A stretch of 64,000 nt of DNA from Verrucomicrobiia bacterium. Lineage in GTDB: Bacteria > Verrucomicrobiota > Verrucomicrobiia > JADLBR01. The translations under genes were made by a program, and so were the position numbers. The notes beneath the pieces were generated by a model. That model was not told where the DNA came from. It saw only the letters and a program-made list of their open reading frames with translations, and did not search any database. Within the stretch, counting starts at the first letter, position 1. The number at the start of each line of letters is the position of its first letter. The stretch spans positions 73,775 through 137,774 of the forward strand of contig JAPKHT010000001.1 of assembly GCA_026646655.1 (NCBI GenBank), written 5' to 3'. Positions 1 through 8,827 of this stretch are shown here, piece by piece.

Positions 1-1
1 C

Positions 2-253
2 GAGTGGCCCTCCCGCACGACGACCGCGGAGGAATTGTATGATTACGGCTCGCCGGCCAGCGCCACCCGCGAGGGCGCCCTCTTCATCGAACAGCGGAAT
101 GTTGCCGCAGACCCCGCCTATGCCGGAGAGTTGGGCCGGATGCGGTCGAAACTGGATGAGATCTTTGCCACGCGCATCCGCCCGCAGCCCTCAGATGACG
201 CGGCCATTCCCGAACCCAAGCCCAAGAAAAACAAGAAGAAAAAGAACCGATGA
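2..253 (+). CDS. 3' end of a sulfatase-like gene (partial, start upstream of window)
   Basis: Open frame from window edge; C-terminal pattern EELYDYG...E..N.A.DP.......L...L typical of S1 sulfatase C-termini; lysine-rich tail; ends TGA at 251-253. Confidence 0.45.
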   Translation, partial: EWPSRTTTAEELYDYGSPASATREGALFIEQRNVAADPAYAGELGRMRSKLDEIFATRIRPQPSDDAAIPEPKPKKNKKKKNR

Positions 254-383
254 CCTGGTGCGCCGCAGGCTCGAAAATTCCAGATGTAGCCATGGCCGTG
301 AGGCCGTGGACCGCCGCCGCGCGGCCCCTCCGTTACCGGAGGGGCTACATTTTCAACTACGGTGGTGCCCCGCCCGGCGGGGC

Positions 384-1637
384 ATGGAATCTAAAAAGAA
401 AACCGAAGAGAATAGGGTGAGGCACACGAACCCATTCTTCGGTCGCCGATGGTCCCTCCGGGTTCTCGGCGCCTCGCTCCTCTTCTCCTCGGCCCTGTTG
501 CGCGCCGCCGGTCCATCGTTGGAGAAAAGCATCCTCTTCAGCGAGCGGACGGACGGTTTCACGCTCTATCGGATCCCCGGCATCGTCGTCACGGCGAAGG
601 GCACGGTGCTGGCGTACTGCGAGGCGCGGAAGTTCAGCGATGCCGACCGCGGCGAGATCGAGATCCACCTCCGCCGCAGCACGGACGGCGCCCGCACGTT
701 TTCACCCGCCAGACAAGTCGCCCACCTCGGCCCGCGCCTACCTCGCAATCCGCATGTGCCGGAGAGCAAGGAGAACAAAGACTTGGGCGGGCCGGAGGAA
801 CAGACGGTCAACAACCCCGTCGCAATCGCCGCGCGGGACGGCATCGTGCACCTCATCTATTGCGTCGAATACATGCGCGCCTTCAACGTCCGCAGCGAGG
901 ATGACGGGAAGACGTGGAGCGCCCCCGTCGAGATCACGGCGGCATTCGACGGATTCCGAGGGGATCTCGACTGGCAGGCCATCGCCACAGGGCCCGGCCA
1001 TGCCGTGGAACTGCAGAGCGGCCGCCTCTGCGTGCCCTTCTGGATGGCGACCTACGTGAAGGGGGCCCCGCTGCGAAAGGCCGTCGGCACCATCTTCAGT
1101 GACGACGGGGGCCAGACTTGGCAACGGGGCGACATCGCGGTGCCGGATGCCAGCGAACCGAACATCGCCCCGCTCCCCGATGGCGGCGTGATCCTCACCG
1201 CGCGCAACACCCATGAGCAAAGACGCCGCCTCGTCACCCGCAGCCCGGATGGCGCCACGGATTGGTCGAAGCCGGCGTTTGCGCAGGAACTGCTCGAACC
1301 GGGCTGCATGGCCGGCATCACCGCCCATCCCGGAACCGCCGCCGTCCCCGCACCGCTCCTGCTTTTCTCGAGCCCGCACACCACCGACCGCGAGCACGCC
1401 GCCCGACGCGACGTCACCATCCATCTCAGCCGCAACGATGGCAAAACCTGGCCCTTCGCCAGAACCCTCCAGCCCGGCCCGGGCGCCTACAGCGACCTCG
1501 CGGTCCTGCCCGACGGTACCGTGCTCTGCTTCTACGAGAGCGGCACCGAGAAGCCCGTAGTCCAGCGCAAGCGCGACTGGGCCTACGCGCATCTAACCCT
1601 CGCGCGTTTCAACCTCGAATGGCTCGAACAACCATGA
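384..1637 (+). CDS. BNR/Asp-box repeat exo-alpha-sialidase-like glycoside hydrolase (GH33-like), secreted
   Basis: ATG at 384 (MESKKK...) followed by hydrophobic signal region; YRIP motif (FTLYRIPGIV); five Asp-boxes S-x-D-x-G-x-T-W (STDGARTF, SEDDGKTW, SDDGGQTW, SPDGATDW, SRNDGKTW); stop overlaps next ATG (ATGA at 1634-1637). Longer ORF from 39 is probably not translated. Confidence 0.75.
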   Translation: MESKKKTEENRVRHTNPFFGRRWSLRVLGASLLFSSALLRAAGPSLEKSILFSERTDGFTLYRIPGIVVTAKGTVLAYCEARKFSDADRGEIEIHLRRSTDGARTFSPARQVAHLGPRLPRNPHVPESKENKDLGGPEEQTVNNPVAIAARDGIVHLIYCVEYMRAFNVRSEDDGKTWSAPVEITAAFDGFRGDLDWQAIATGPGHAVELQSGRLCVPFWMATYVKGAPLRKAVGTIFSDDGGQTWQRGDIAVPDASEPNIAPLPDGGVILTARNTHEQRRRLVTRSPDGATDWSKPAFAQELLEPGCMAGITAHPGTAAVPAPLLLFSSPHTTDREHAARRDVTIHLSRNDGKTWPFARTLQPGPGAYSDLAVLPDGTVLCFYESGTEKPVVQRKRDWAYAHLTLARFNLEWLEQP

Positions 1638-4600
1638 AACACACCCTCACCCTCCACATCGCCCTGCTGCTCGCGCCGCTGGCCGCACTCCACGCCGTAG
1701 AGCTTTCGCCCCCACTGGATGCCGCATCGTGGAAACCTCGCCAAGGCCTCGTCCCGGCGGACCGGTTGCCTGCGTCATTCGAGGCCCGTGATGAGGAAGG
1801 TCTCCGCTTCTCGCTTTCCGGCACGTTGGCGAAGGGGAAACAGATGCGCTGGGAACGGCCCTGGACGGCAGGCGAGCACGCACCCGGCCAGTGGTTGGTC
1901 GTCGAATATCGCGCGCGGTGGGTGAACTCGGTCGTGCTTGCCCTCCTGTCCAAAGACGCTGTCGGGAAACCGATCGCCACGACCCTGGTCTCGGCTCAGG
2001 ATCTGGTGAGCGACGGTCTATGGCATCGCTTGGTCGTGCAGCGGCCTTATCCATCGCAACCCACCGCGTTGCGCGTCCTTCTGGACAGCAATGACTCGCA
2101 CTCGTGGTTCGAGATGCGGCGGCTGGATTGGGTGGCATCGCCCGAGCTCGCCGGTCCGGCGCTCGCGGAGGATCAGCAACCGTCGCGGCACCCGGACCTC
2201 CAGCCGCTGCCTTTGACGTTCAACGACCGATACGACCTGCTGCTGCAGCGCCCCTATATGCGCGTGGAAAACGACACCGTGGTGTTGGACGGGGGAGCGT
2301 GGTTCACGCAAGATGACGTGACTCTTGAAGGCATTCCTTTTCGCGTCGAGTCGAAGCCCGGAGCCGACAACCTCGTCACGCCGCCGCCGGAGCCGAAGGA
2401 AAACAACGATCTGGCCGATCATTTCGGCATACAGGCACCCCGCCGGGTCGTGGCACCCGTCAGCCGCGACAGCCGGATCACGGTGCCGGTTCATCGCAAA
2501 GTCAGCGAAGTGTTCCTGATGCTGGCGGCGGAACTGCCGAGCCGGGAACTGCATTACTTCGGCGGCCGCAGTCCCAGCACGTTGGATACGGTGGAGGACT
2601 TCGCCGTGGAACTGGTCTATGAGAGCGGCGTCCGCGATCTGGCGTTTCCGTATTCGATCCAGGATCGCCGCCATCTGGTCCGGCGGGCGCTGGGTGTCTA
2701 TGCCGTGCCGGCTTCCGGCGAACCGCTCGCAGAAGTGGTGATCCATAACCGCAAGCTCGGCGCTCGAGTCCATCTCGCGGCGACGACAGTCAATACCGGA
2801 AGCCGACGATTGTTCCCTGCACTGTTCGAGGAACCGAAGCGATTGCCAGTGGCTCCGCAAGGACTCGACCCAGCCCTCAAGCCCTTCGTGCGTCGAGATC
2901 GAGACCACCTCACCTTAGGAAATGCCCATTACGAACTGACACTGGACGCCGAGAAACTCATGTCACCCGTCGCGCTAGCGCACCGGCGATTGAACAACGG
3001 CGTGGCACGTGTGGCGCCAGTGCCGCTTCTGGAGGTAGAAGTCGCAGGCAGGGCCATTCCCTCACAGCAATGGAAACTCGAGTTGATCCGGGAACTGCCC
3101 CTCGGGTTTGAGGTGAACTACCTCGGCACCGACCCATCCCTGCCGCTCCGTTGCACGGTGACGGCGCGAACGGATGACTCACCGGAAGCAAGGTTTACCC
3201 TGTCCATGTCCAACGCAGGTGCGCAGCCGGTCGATGCGGAGATCCGTTTTCCCGTGCTCCGCGGCTTGCAACTCGGCGAGGCGGCGGACTTGCAGTGCTT
3301 CTTTCCCCAGTATCGCAACGCGCTGAGCGGTGAACGTGCGACCTATTACGCATACGCGGGCGTTGCCTTCCCGATGCAGTTTTTCGACGCGTTCGACGAA
3401 CGCACCGGTGGCGGGGTCTGGCTGCGCACGGAGGATCTGGCGGATCGTCAACGGAACTATTTCCTGTCGAAGCAGGACGATGGCGCCAGCCTCTACGTCG
3501 AATATCCGGTGCTGACAACCAGGCTTTCATCCGGTGCGATCACCCCATTTCCCGTCACGACCCTGGGTTTTCACGCCGGAAACTGGCGGGCTGCCGTGGA
3601 CCGCTACCGCGACTGGCTCGCGACCTGGTATAGACCGTTCAAAGCGCAGGACAAACCCTGGTTGCGCGAGAGCTTCTGGCTGCTCGCCGAGATCACCGAT
3701 GGAGTGCCGGAGCCGTATTCCAAACTCCCGCCGTGGTATGACACCGAAAAGAAGAAGGTCCTGTTCCGCGACATCCTCACCGAGTGGGAACGCAAGGCGG
3801 GCCACAAACCGGACATCCTTCATCTCTGGGACTGGACGCACTACCCCACGACCATTCAGCGCTGGGGCGAATATGGCGGACGCGACTACGACAATGTGGG
3901 CGGACAACCCGCGTTCAAGGAGGCCATAGCCGATGTGCAGAATAATCTAGGCATCGCGATGTCCCTTTACGTCAACGCCACCCTTTGCACAAAAGACACA
4001 CCCACCGGCCAGCGTCTCGCGGACAAGGCCCTGCAACTGCCGGACGGCAAACCCTTCATCCGCTATCGCGACACCTACTGCATGTGTCACGCCACGCCGG
4101 AATGGATTGAGCATCAGATTCAAACCTACCAGCGGCTCGTGCGGGAGACCGGCGCGAAGATGCTCTACGTCGATCAGCAAGCCACGGTGCAGGACATTGT
4201 GAACAAGACCTTCTGCGTGTGTTTCCACCCTGGCCATGGGCATCCGGTGCCGAACCGGGTCAACGAGACCGACCACCGCTTCATCCGCGCCCTGCGCGAG
4301 GCCGTGCCCGGCGACGTCGCGCTCTATGGCGAGTTTCCCTACACCGACACGACGACGCAATACTACGACAGCGCCATCCATTATTACTTCCACAAGGGCG
4401 CAGGCAGACGGTTCAGCCCGACCTTCGACACGGAGACCAGCGACCTGACCGACGAGGTGGCGCTGAACCTCTATCGCTTTCTTTTCCCGAAGCTGATGCA
4501 CCTCGATCTGCCTCTGGGGATCACCTATAACTCATGGCATTCGCTGAAGTTCACCTTCTTCAACGGCGAGTCGATTTACGACTCGTTCTGGAACATTGAC

Positions 4601-4948
4601 GAATCACGTGGTCACGCCTTCATCGCACGCGCCTACGAACTGAAGAAGCGCTTCAAGGACTGCTTCACCAGCGAAGCGCCTGAGATGCTCGTCCCTACCG
4701 AGCGCACCTCCGTTTGCGCCAACCGCTTCCCCGGCCAAGGCCGCACAGTCTGGACGCTCTACAACGCCCGCCCGACGACCGTGCGCGGCGCTATCCTGAC
4801 GGTGCCTCATCAAGACGGTGCCATCTACCGCGACGAGTGGAACGGCAAGGAGCTGACACCCAAGATCCAGAACGGCAAAGCCATCCTGTCTCTCGAACTC
4901 GGCCCGCAATCCATCGGCTGCATCACCCAGACCCGGCAAACACCATGA
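1634..4948 (+). CDS. large secreted hypothetical protein (~1104 aa), putative glycoside hydrolase of unrecognised family
   Basis: Conserved signal peptide MKHTLTLHIALLLAPLAALHA; long open frame; ATGA overlap with upstream and downstream genes; Cys/His-rich stretch CMCHATPEW...CVCFHPGHGHP; no family recognised by eye. Confidence 0.7.
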   Translation: MKHTLTLHIALLLAPLAALHAVELSPPLDAASWKPRQGLVPADRLPASFEARDEEGLRFSLSGTLAKGKQMRWERPWTAGEHAPGQWLVVEYRARWVNSVVLALLSKDAVGKPIATTLVSAQDLVSDGLWHRLVVQRPYPSQPTALRVLLDSNDSHSWFEMRRLDWVASPELAGPALAEDQQPSRHPDLQPLPLTFNDRYDLLLQRPYMRVENDTVVLDGGAWFTQDDVTLEGIPFRVESKPGADNLVTPPPEPKENNDLADHFGIQAPRRVVAPVSRDSRITVPVHRKVSEVFLMLAAELPSRELHYFGGRSPSTLDTVEDFAVELVYESGVRDLAFPYSIQDRRHLVRRALGVYAVPASGEPLAEVVIHNRKLGARVHLAATTVNTGSRRLFPALFEEPKRLPVAPQGLDPALKPFVRRDRDHLTLGNAHYELTLDAEKLMSPVALAHRRLNNGVARVAPVPLLEVEVAGRAIPSQQWKLELIRELPLGFEVNYLGTDPSLPLRCTVTARTDDSPEARFTLSMSNAGAQPVDAEIRFPVLRGLQLGEAADLQCFFPQYRNALSGERATYYAYAGVAFPMQFFDAFDERTGGGVWLRTEDLADRQRNYFLSKQDDGASLYVEYPVLTTRLSSGAITPFPVTTLGFHAGNWRAAVDRYRDWLATWYRPFKAQDKPWLRESFWLLAEITDGVPEPYSKLPPWYDTEKKKVLFRDILTEWERKAGHKPDILHLWDWTHYPTTIQRWGEYGGRDYDNVGGQPAFKEAIADVQNNLGIAMSLYVNATLCTKDTPTGQRLADKALQLPDGKPFIRYRDTYCMCHATPEWIEHQIQTYQRLVRETGAKMLYVDQQATVQDIVNKTFCVCFHPGHGHPVPNRVNETDHRFIRALREAVPGDVALYGEFPYTDTTTQYYDSAIHYYFHKGAGRRFSPTFDTETSDLTDEVALNLYRFLFPKLMHLDLPLGITYNSWHSLKFTFFNGESIYDSFWNIDESRGHAFIARAYELKKRFKDCFTSEAPEMLVPTERTSVCANRFPGQGRTVWTLYNARPTTVRGAILTVPHQDGAIYRDEWNGKELTPKIQNGKAILSLELGPQSIGCITQTRQTP

Positions 4949-5940
4949 AACACACCCTCATCGTCCTCCTCGCCCTGCTGCTCGCACCGCTGGCAGCACA
5001 CTCTCAGCAAGCCGCTCGGGACACCGTCCGCGACCGCCTCTGGATCTTCACCGTCCATGCCGGAGGGAACAATCGGGAAAACCTGGTTGGCCCTTCGCTG
5101 GAGCATAAGCATTACATTGATGATTACGCTCCAGGCGGGTCGCGCATGACGCCAACCGAGGGTGCTTTTTGGCTGGGGGTTCCGAATCTGCTTTTGATCC
5201 GGACCGGGGACAACCCACCACTGCCCAGCGCCCAACCGGAACGGGCGAAGTCCGCTTTCGAGCAATACGCGATCTCATTCCAGCCGCTGGACCGGGTCGT
5301 GTGGTCCGTCGTTGGTGCCGGGGGCGAGGGAGGAATGAGTGAACTTCCGCCCGTCCTGGACCTCGCCAGAAAATTCCCGAATATCGGCGGCGTCTTCCTC
5401 GATGACTTTGTCCGCCCCGACAAGCGGGTGAACGGACGCATGGTCGGACGCCCCTCGCTCCAGAGAGAGGAACTGAGCCGCGCGCGCGAACAGATGAACG
5501 CCGTTGGACGACCGATGGAAATTTGGGTGACGCTTTACACCCACGAAGTAAATCCCGCGCGAACAGTGAAGTCGCCGTCCTTCAAGGACTGCAATCCGCC
5601 TTTGGCTTCATTCCTCGACCAGTTTGACGTGCTTACCCTTTGGACCTGGAACTCGGAGGAGATCCCCGAATGGGAGGCCAATCTCAGCGCGTTGGAGAAG
5701 ATGGCGCCAAAGAATGCCCGCGTTGCGATGGGCCTTTACCTCTGGGATTTCCACAACAAGAAACCCGTCCCTGAAGACCTGATGCAGCACCAGTGCGACC
5801 TCGGACTGAGATGGCTCAAGAAGGGGCGCATCACCGACATGATCTTCCTCGCCAACACCATGCTGGACGTAGAAATGCCCAGCGCCGAGTTCTCGCGCCA
5901 GTGGATCAAAAGGCACGGTGACGAGAAGTTGAACCGATAA
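4945..5940 (+). CDS. secreted hypothetical protein, paralog A of a tandem pair (unknown TIM-barrel-like family)
   Basis: Signal peptide MKHTLIVLLALLLAPLAAHSQQ; ~45% identical to the next gene (TVRD.LW.F...GGSRMTP.EGA.WLG.PNLL...G...LDDFV...LWTW); ATGA overlap with upstream gene. Confidence 0.7.
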   Translation: MKHTLIVLLALLLAPLAAHSQQAARDTVRDRLWIFTVHAGGNNRENLVGPSLEHKHYIDDYAPGGSRMTPTEGAFWLGVPNLLLIRTGDNPPLPSAQPERAKSAFEQYAISFQPLDRVVWSVVGAGGEGGMSELPPVLDLARKFPNIGGVFLDDFVRPDKRVNGRMVGRPSLQREELSRAREQMNAVGRPMEIWVTLYTHEVNPARTVKSPSFKDCNPPLASFLDQFDVLTLWTWNSEEIPEWEANLSALEKMAPKNARVAMGLYLWDFHNKKPVPEDLMQHQCDLGLRWLKKGRITDMIFLANTMLDVEMPSAEFSRQWIKRHGDEKLNR

Positions 5941-5948
5941 GGAACTCC

Positions 5949-6947
5949 ATGAAGCCCGCAGTCATCCTTCTCCTTGCCCTGCTGCTCGCGCCGCTGGCCG
6001 CGCATGCTCAACAAAACGCGCCCAAAACTGTCCGCGACAACCTCTGGCTCTTCGCCTGCCCGCCGGGGGGCGATGCCGACTATCTGGAAAACGCCGGCAT
6101 CCGCGGCGGTTCCCGCATGACACCGGTGGAGGGTGCCCATTGGCTGGGGATACCGAATCTCCTTTTTGTGACCCAGGACCACAACCGGCCCAAGGCCACG
6201 TGGACTGAGATCAAATGGAAAGCCAGGACGACCATGGAGCAGTGGGCGATTTCCTTCGAGTCGCTCAAGAAGGTCAGTTGGTCCGCCGTCGGCTCAAGCG
6301 GCAGCGGCGGGCTCAAGACCGTGCCCGACATCGTCTCGACCGCGAAATCGTATCCCAACCTCACGGGCGTTTATCTCGATGACTTCGTCAAGGATCGGAA
6401 AAAGCTGAGCGACGGAACCTTCGCCGGTCGGCCGGCGATGTCCGAGGTGGAATTGGAGGACATGCGCGCGCAGCTCGCCAAGGTCGGCCGACCGATGGAA
6501 GTCTGGACGACCATCTACGCCTACGACCTGGATCCGCAGCACCCCGAATATACCCATTGCGAACCGCCTCTGGTCGACTCGCTGAAGCACTTCGACGTCA
6601 TTGTGCTCTGGACCTGGAAGAGCGACGATCTCCGCGACCTGGAGAAGAACCTCGCGCGCATCGAGGCCGTGAAGCCCAGGGAGGCCAGGGTGGCACTGGG
6701 CATCTACCTCTGGGACTACACTGGCATCGACGAGAAGAAGAAAAACGACCCGACCTACCGCTTCGGCAAGCCCGTCCCGCTCGACCTGATGGAGCTCCAA
6801 TGCTCGCTCGGCCTGAAGTGGCTCAAAGAAGGCCGGGTCCGCGACCTCGTCGTCCTCGGCAACACCCACCTCGACATCGGCGCCCCGTCCGCCCCGTGGA
6901 TGCGCCAGTGGATCAAGAAACACGCGGAAGAACAAATGAACTGGTAG
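5949..6947 (+). CDS. secreted hypothetical protein, paralog B of the tandem pair
   Basis: Signal peptide MKPAVILLLALLLAPLAAHAQQ; alignable over full length with 4945..5940. Confidence 0.7.
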   Translation: MKPAVILLLALLLAPLAAHAQQNAPKTVRDNLWLFACPPGGDADYLENAGIRGGSRMTPVEGAHWLGIPNLLFVTQDHNRPKATWTEIKWKARTTMEQWAISFESLKKVSWSAVGSSGSGGLKTVPDIVSTAKSYPNLTGVYLDDFVKDRKKLSDGTFAGRPAMSEVELEDMRAQLAKVGRPMEVWTTIYAYDLDPQHPEYTHCEPPLVDSLKHFDVIVLWTWKSDDLRDLEKNLARIEAVKPREARVALGIYLWDYTGIDEKKKNDPTYRFGKPVPLDLMELQCSLGLKWLKEGRVRDLVVLGNTHLDIGAPSAPWMRQWIKKHAEEQMNW

Positions 6948-6956
6948 ACGAAAGCA

Positions 6957-8780
6957 ATGACCGTGAGCCGCCCCCTTCCACTCCTCGCCGCCCTGCTGCT
7001 CGCGCCGCTGGCCGCGCTGCCAGCCGCCGACCCGGACGTGGCCCCGCTATCGAAGACCAAGCAATGGAGTCTTGCCGGTCCGCTTGGCCGGACGCCACCG
7101 CGCGAGAATGAGTCCTGGCCACTGTCGGACCAGAAAAACCGGGACGGCTGGGTGAAGTTCGAACCGATGTGGGACGAGTTCGACGGCCCGGCGCTCGATA
7201 CCAACAAGTGGACCGTGGGCATGTCCTGGTGGCGTGGCCGGCAGCCGGCATGGTTCAAGCCGTCTAATGTCGCCGTGCGCGCCGGGCAATTGCACCTGAC
7301 CATGCGCAAGGAACCGGTGCCGCCGGGCATGGAAAAGCACGGTTACAAGGACTACACCTCCGCCGCCCTGCATACCCGCGCGCGTTCGAGTTACGGCTAT
7401 TACGAGATCAAAGCGCGGCCGATGAACTCCGCCGGCTCCAGTGCGTTCTGGTTCCAAAACGAGGATCCCACCACGCATCCGGATTGGGCGACGGAGATTG
7501 ATGTGTTCGAGCTGTGCGGCAAGTCGGAAACATTCGAGCGGAGATACAACATGAACCTGCACGTCTTCCGCACGCCGCACGAGAAGCGGCATTGGAGCGT
7601 CGGTGGTGAATGGGTCGCGCCGTGGCGCTTCGCAGACGATTTCCATGTCTTTGGCTTCGAGTGGGGTCGCGAGGAGTTGCGGTGGTTTGTGGATGGCGTC
7701 CTGGTCCGGACGGTGGCGAACACGCACTGGCACCAGCCGCTCCACTTGATTTTCGACAGCGAAACCATGCCGGATTGGTTCGGCATGCCGAACGATGCGG
7801 ACCTGCCTTCAACCTCCAGCATCGAATACATCCGTGCCTGGACGCATTCCACGGCCAATGTTCCAACGCGCTCGGCGTCGCCGAAAATCGCCGGCCCCTA
7901 CGTCCGCGTTTACATTCCCGGTGAGGATGTCTTTCCTGGACCGGATTCCCCGAACTTCAAGGCCGGGCAGTCCTACTCCGACTGGGTGCCAAACGATCAT
8001 GCGATTCTCAAGGGGCCAGAGGGCCGCTGGCACGCGTTTGGCATCACGCATCCGAAGCCGCCCGACTACCAACCGCCGCATTATGGCAAGGGTGTGCATG
8101 AAGCGGAATGGTTGCTGTTCCACGCTGTTGCGCCTGTGGGCACGTTGAAGCAACACCTGAAGACAGGCGCTTGGCGCGACCAGGCGAAAGTGCTCGCCCC
8201 CAGCGCGCGGCCTGGCGAAATCAAGGAGTGCCACGCGCCGTTTATCGTGCGCCGCGACGGTCCTTATCACATGATTTACGGTCCCAGCCCGCTGCGACTG
8301 GCGACTTCCGCCAACCTGCATGACTGGCAGCCGGTCGGCCCTTTGTTCGCACAGCAGGGTGGCGCGCGCGATCCCAACGTGCTGTTCCATGACGGTCACT
8401 ACATCCTCTGCTACGTCACGGGCAACGCGATTCTGGCGCGGCACTCGACCGACTTGCGAAATTGGAGCGCGGACGCAGTCGAGGTCTTTCGCATGCGGCG
8501 CGGAGGCGATCCCGAATCACCCTGCATCGTGGAGCACGGCGGCCATTTCTACCTGTTCTGGTGCCTGTGGGACGCCGCCGATGAGGTCAACGGCGCCTAC
8601 GACAATCGAACGTTCGTGTTTCGTTCCAGAAATCCGCTGGATTTCAAGACCGCGCCGTGCGTCGCCGAACTCAAAGCCCACGCGCCGGAGGTCTTTCGCG
8701 ATGAGGACGGCGACTGGTTCATCTCCAGCGTTGAATGGCCTCACCGCGGTGTCAGCATCGCGCCCCTAGCGTGGGAGTAA
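6957..8780 (+). CDS. GH16 family glycoside hydrolase fused to a C-terminal 5-bladed beta-propeller-like domain (GH43/GH117/GH32-like)
   Basis: Signal peptide MTVSRPLPLLAALLLAPLAALPA; GH16 catalytic motif E-I-D-V-F-E (ATEIDVFE) in a jelly-roll context (WVKFEPMWDEFDG...YYEIKARP); the C-terminal 300 aa carries propeller-like repeats (HAPFIVRRDGPYHMIYG, DPNVLFHDGHYILCYV, SPCIVEHGGHFYLFW). Confidence 0.8.
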   Translation: MTVSRPLPLLAALLLAPLAALPAADPDVAPLSKTKQWSLAGPLGRTPPRENESWPLSDQKNRDGWVKFEPMWDEFDGPALDTNKWTVGMSWWRGRQPAWFKPSNVAVRAGQLHLTMRKEPVPPGMEKHGYKDYTSAALHTRARSSYGYYEIKARPMNSAGSSAFWFQNEDPTTHPDWATEIDVFELCGKSETFERRYNMNLHVFRTPHEKRHWSVGGEWVAPWRFADDFHVFGFEWGREELRWFVDGVLVRTVANTHWHQPLHLIFDSETMPDWFGMPNDADLPSTSSIEYIRAWTHSTANVPTRSASPKIAGPYVRVYIPGEDVFPGPDSPNFKAGQSYSDWVPNDHAILKGPEGRWHAFGITHPKPPDYQPPHYGKGVHEAEWLLFHAVAPVGTLKQHLKTGAWRDQAKVLAPSARPGEIKECHAPFIVRRDGPYHMIYGPSPLRLATSANLHDWQPVGPLFAQQGGARDPNVLFHDGHYILCYVTGNAILARHSTDLRNWSADAVEVFRMRRGGDPESPCIVEHGGHFYLFWCLWDAADEVNGAYDNRTFVFRSRNPLDFKTAPCVAELKAHAPEVFRDEDGDWFISSVEWPHRGVSIAPLAWE

Positions 8781-8827
8781 CTCGTCATGAACAGAGCAAT
8801 CCATCACGCCTCTCTTCGATTGAATCC

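Noticed and set aside
39-1637. 532-aa version of the sialidase ORF starting at 39
   Set aside because: The first 115 codons overlap the upstream sulfatase 3' end in another frame and are low-complexity. The ATG at 384 is followed by a proper signal peptide.
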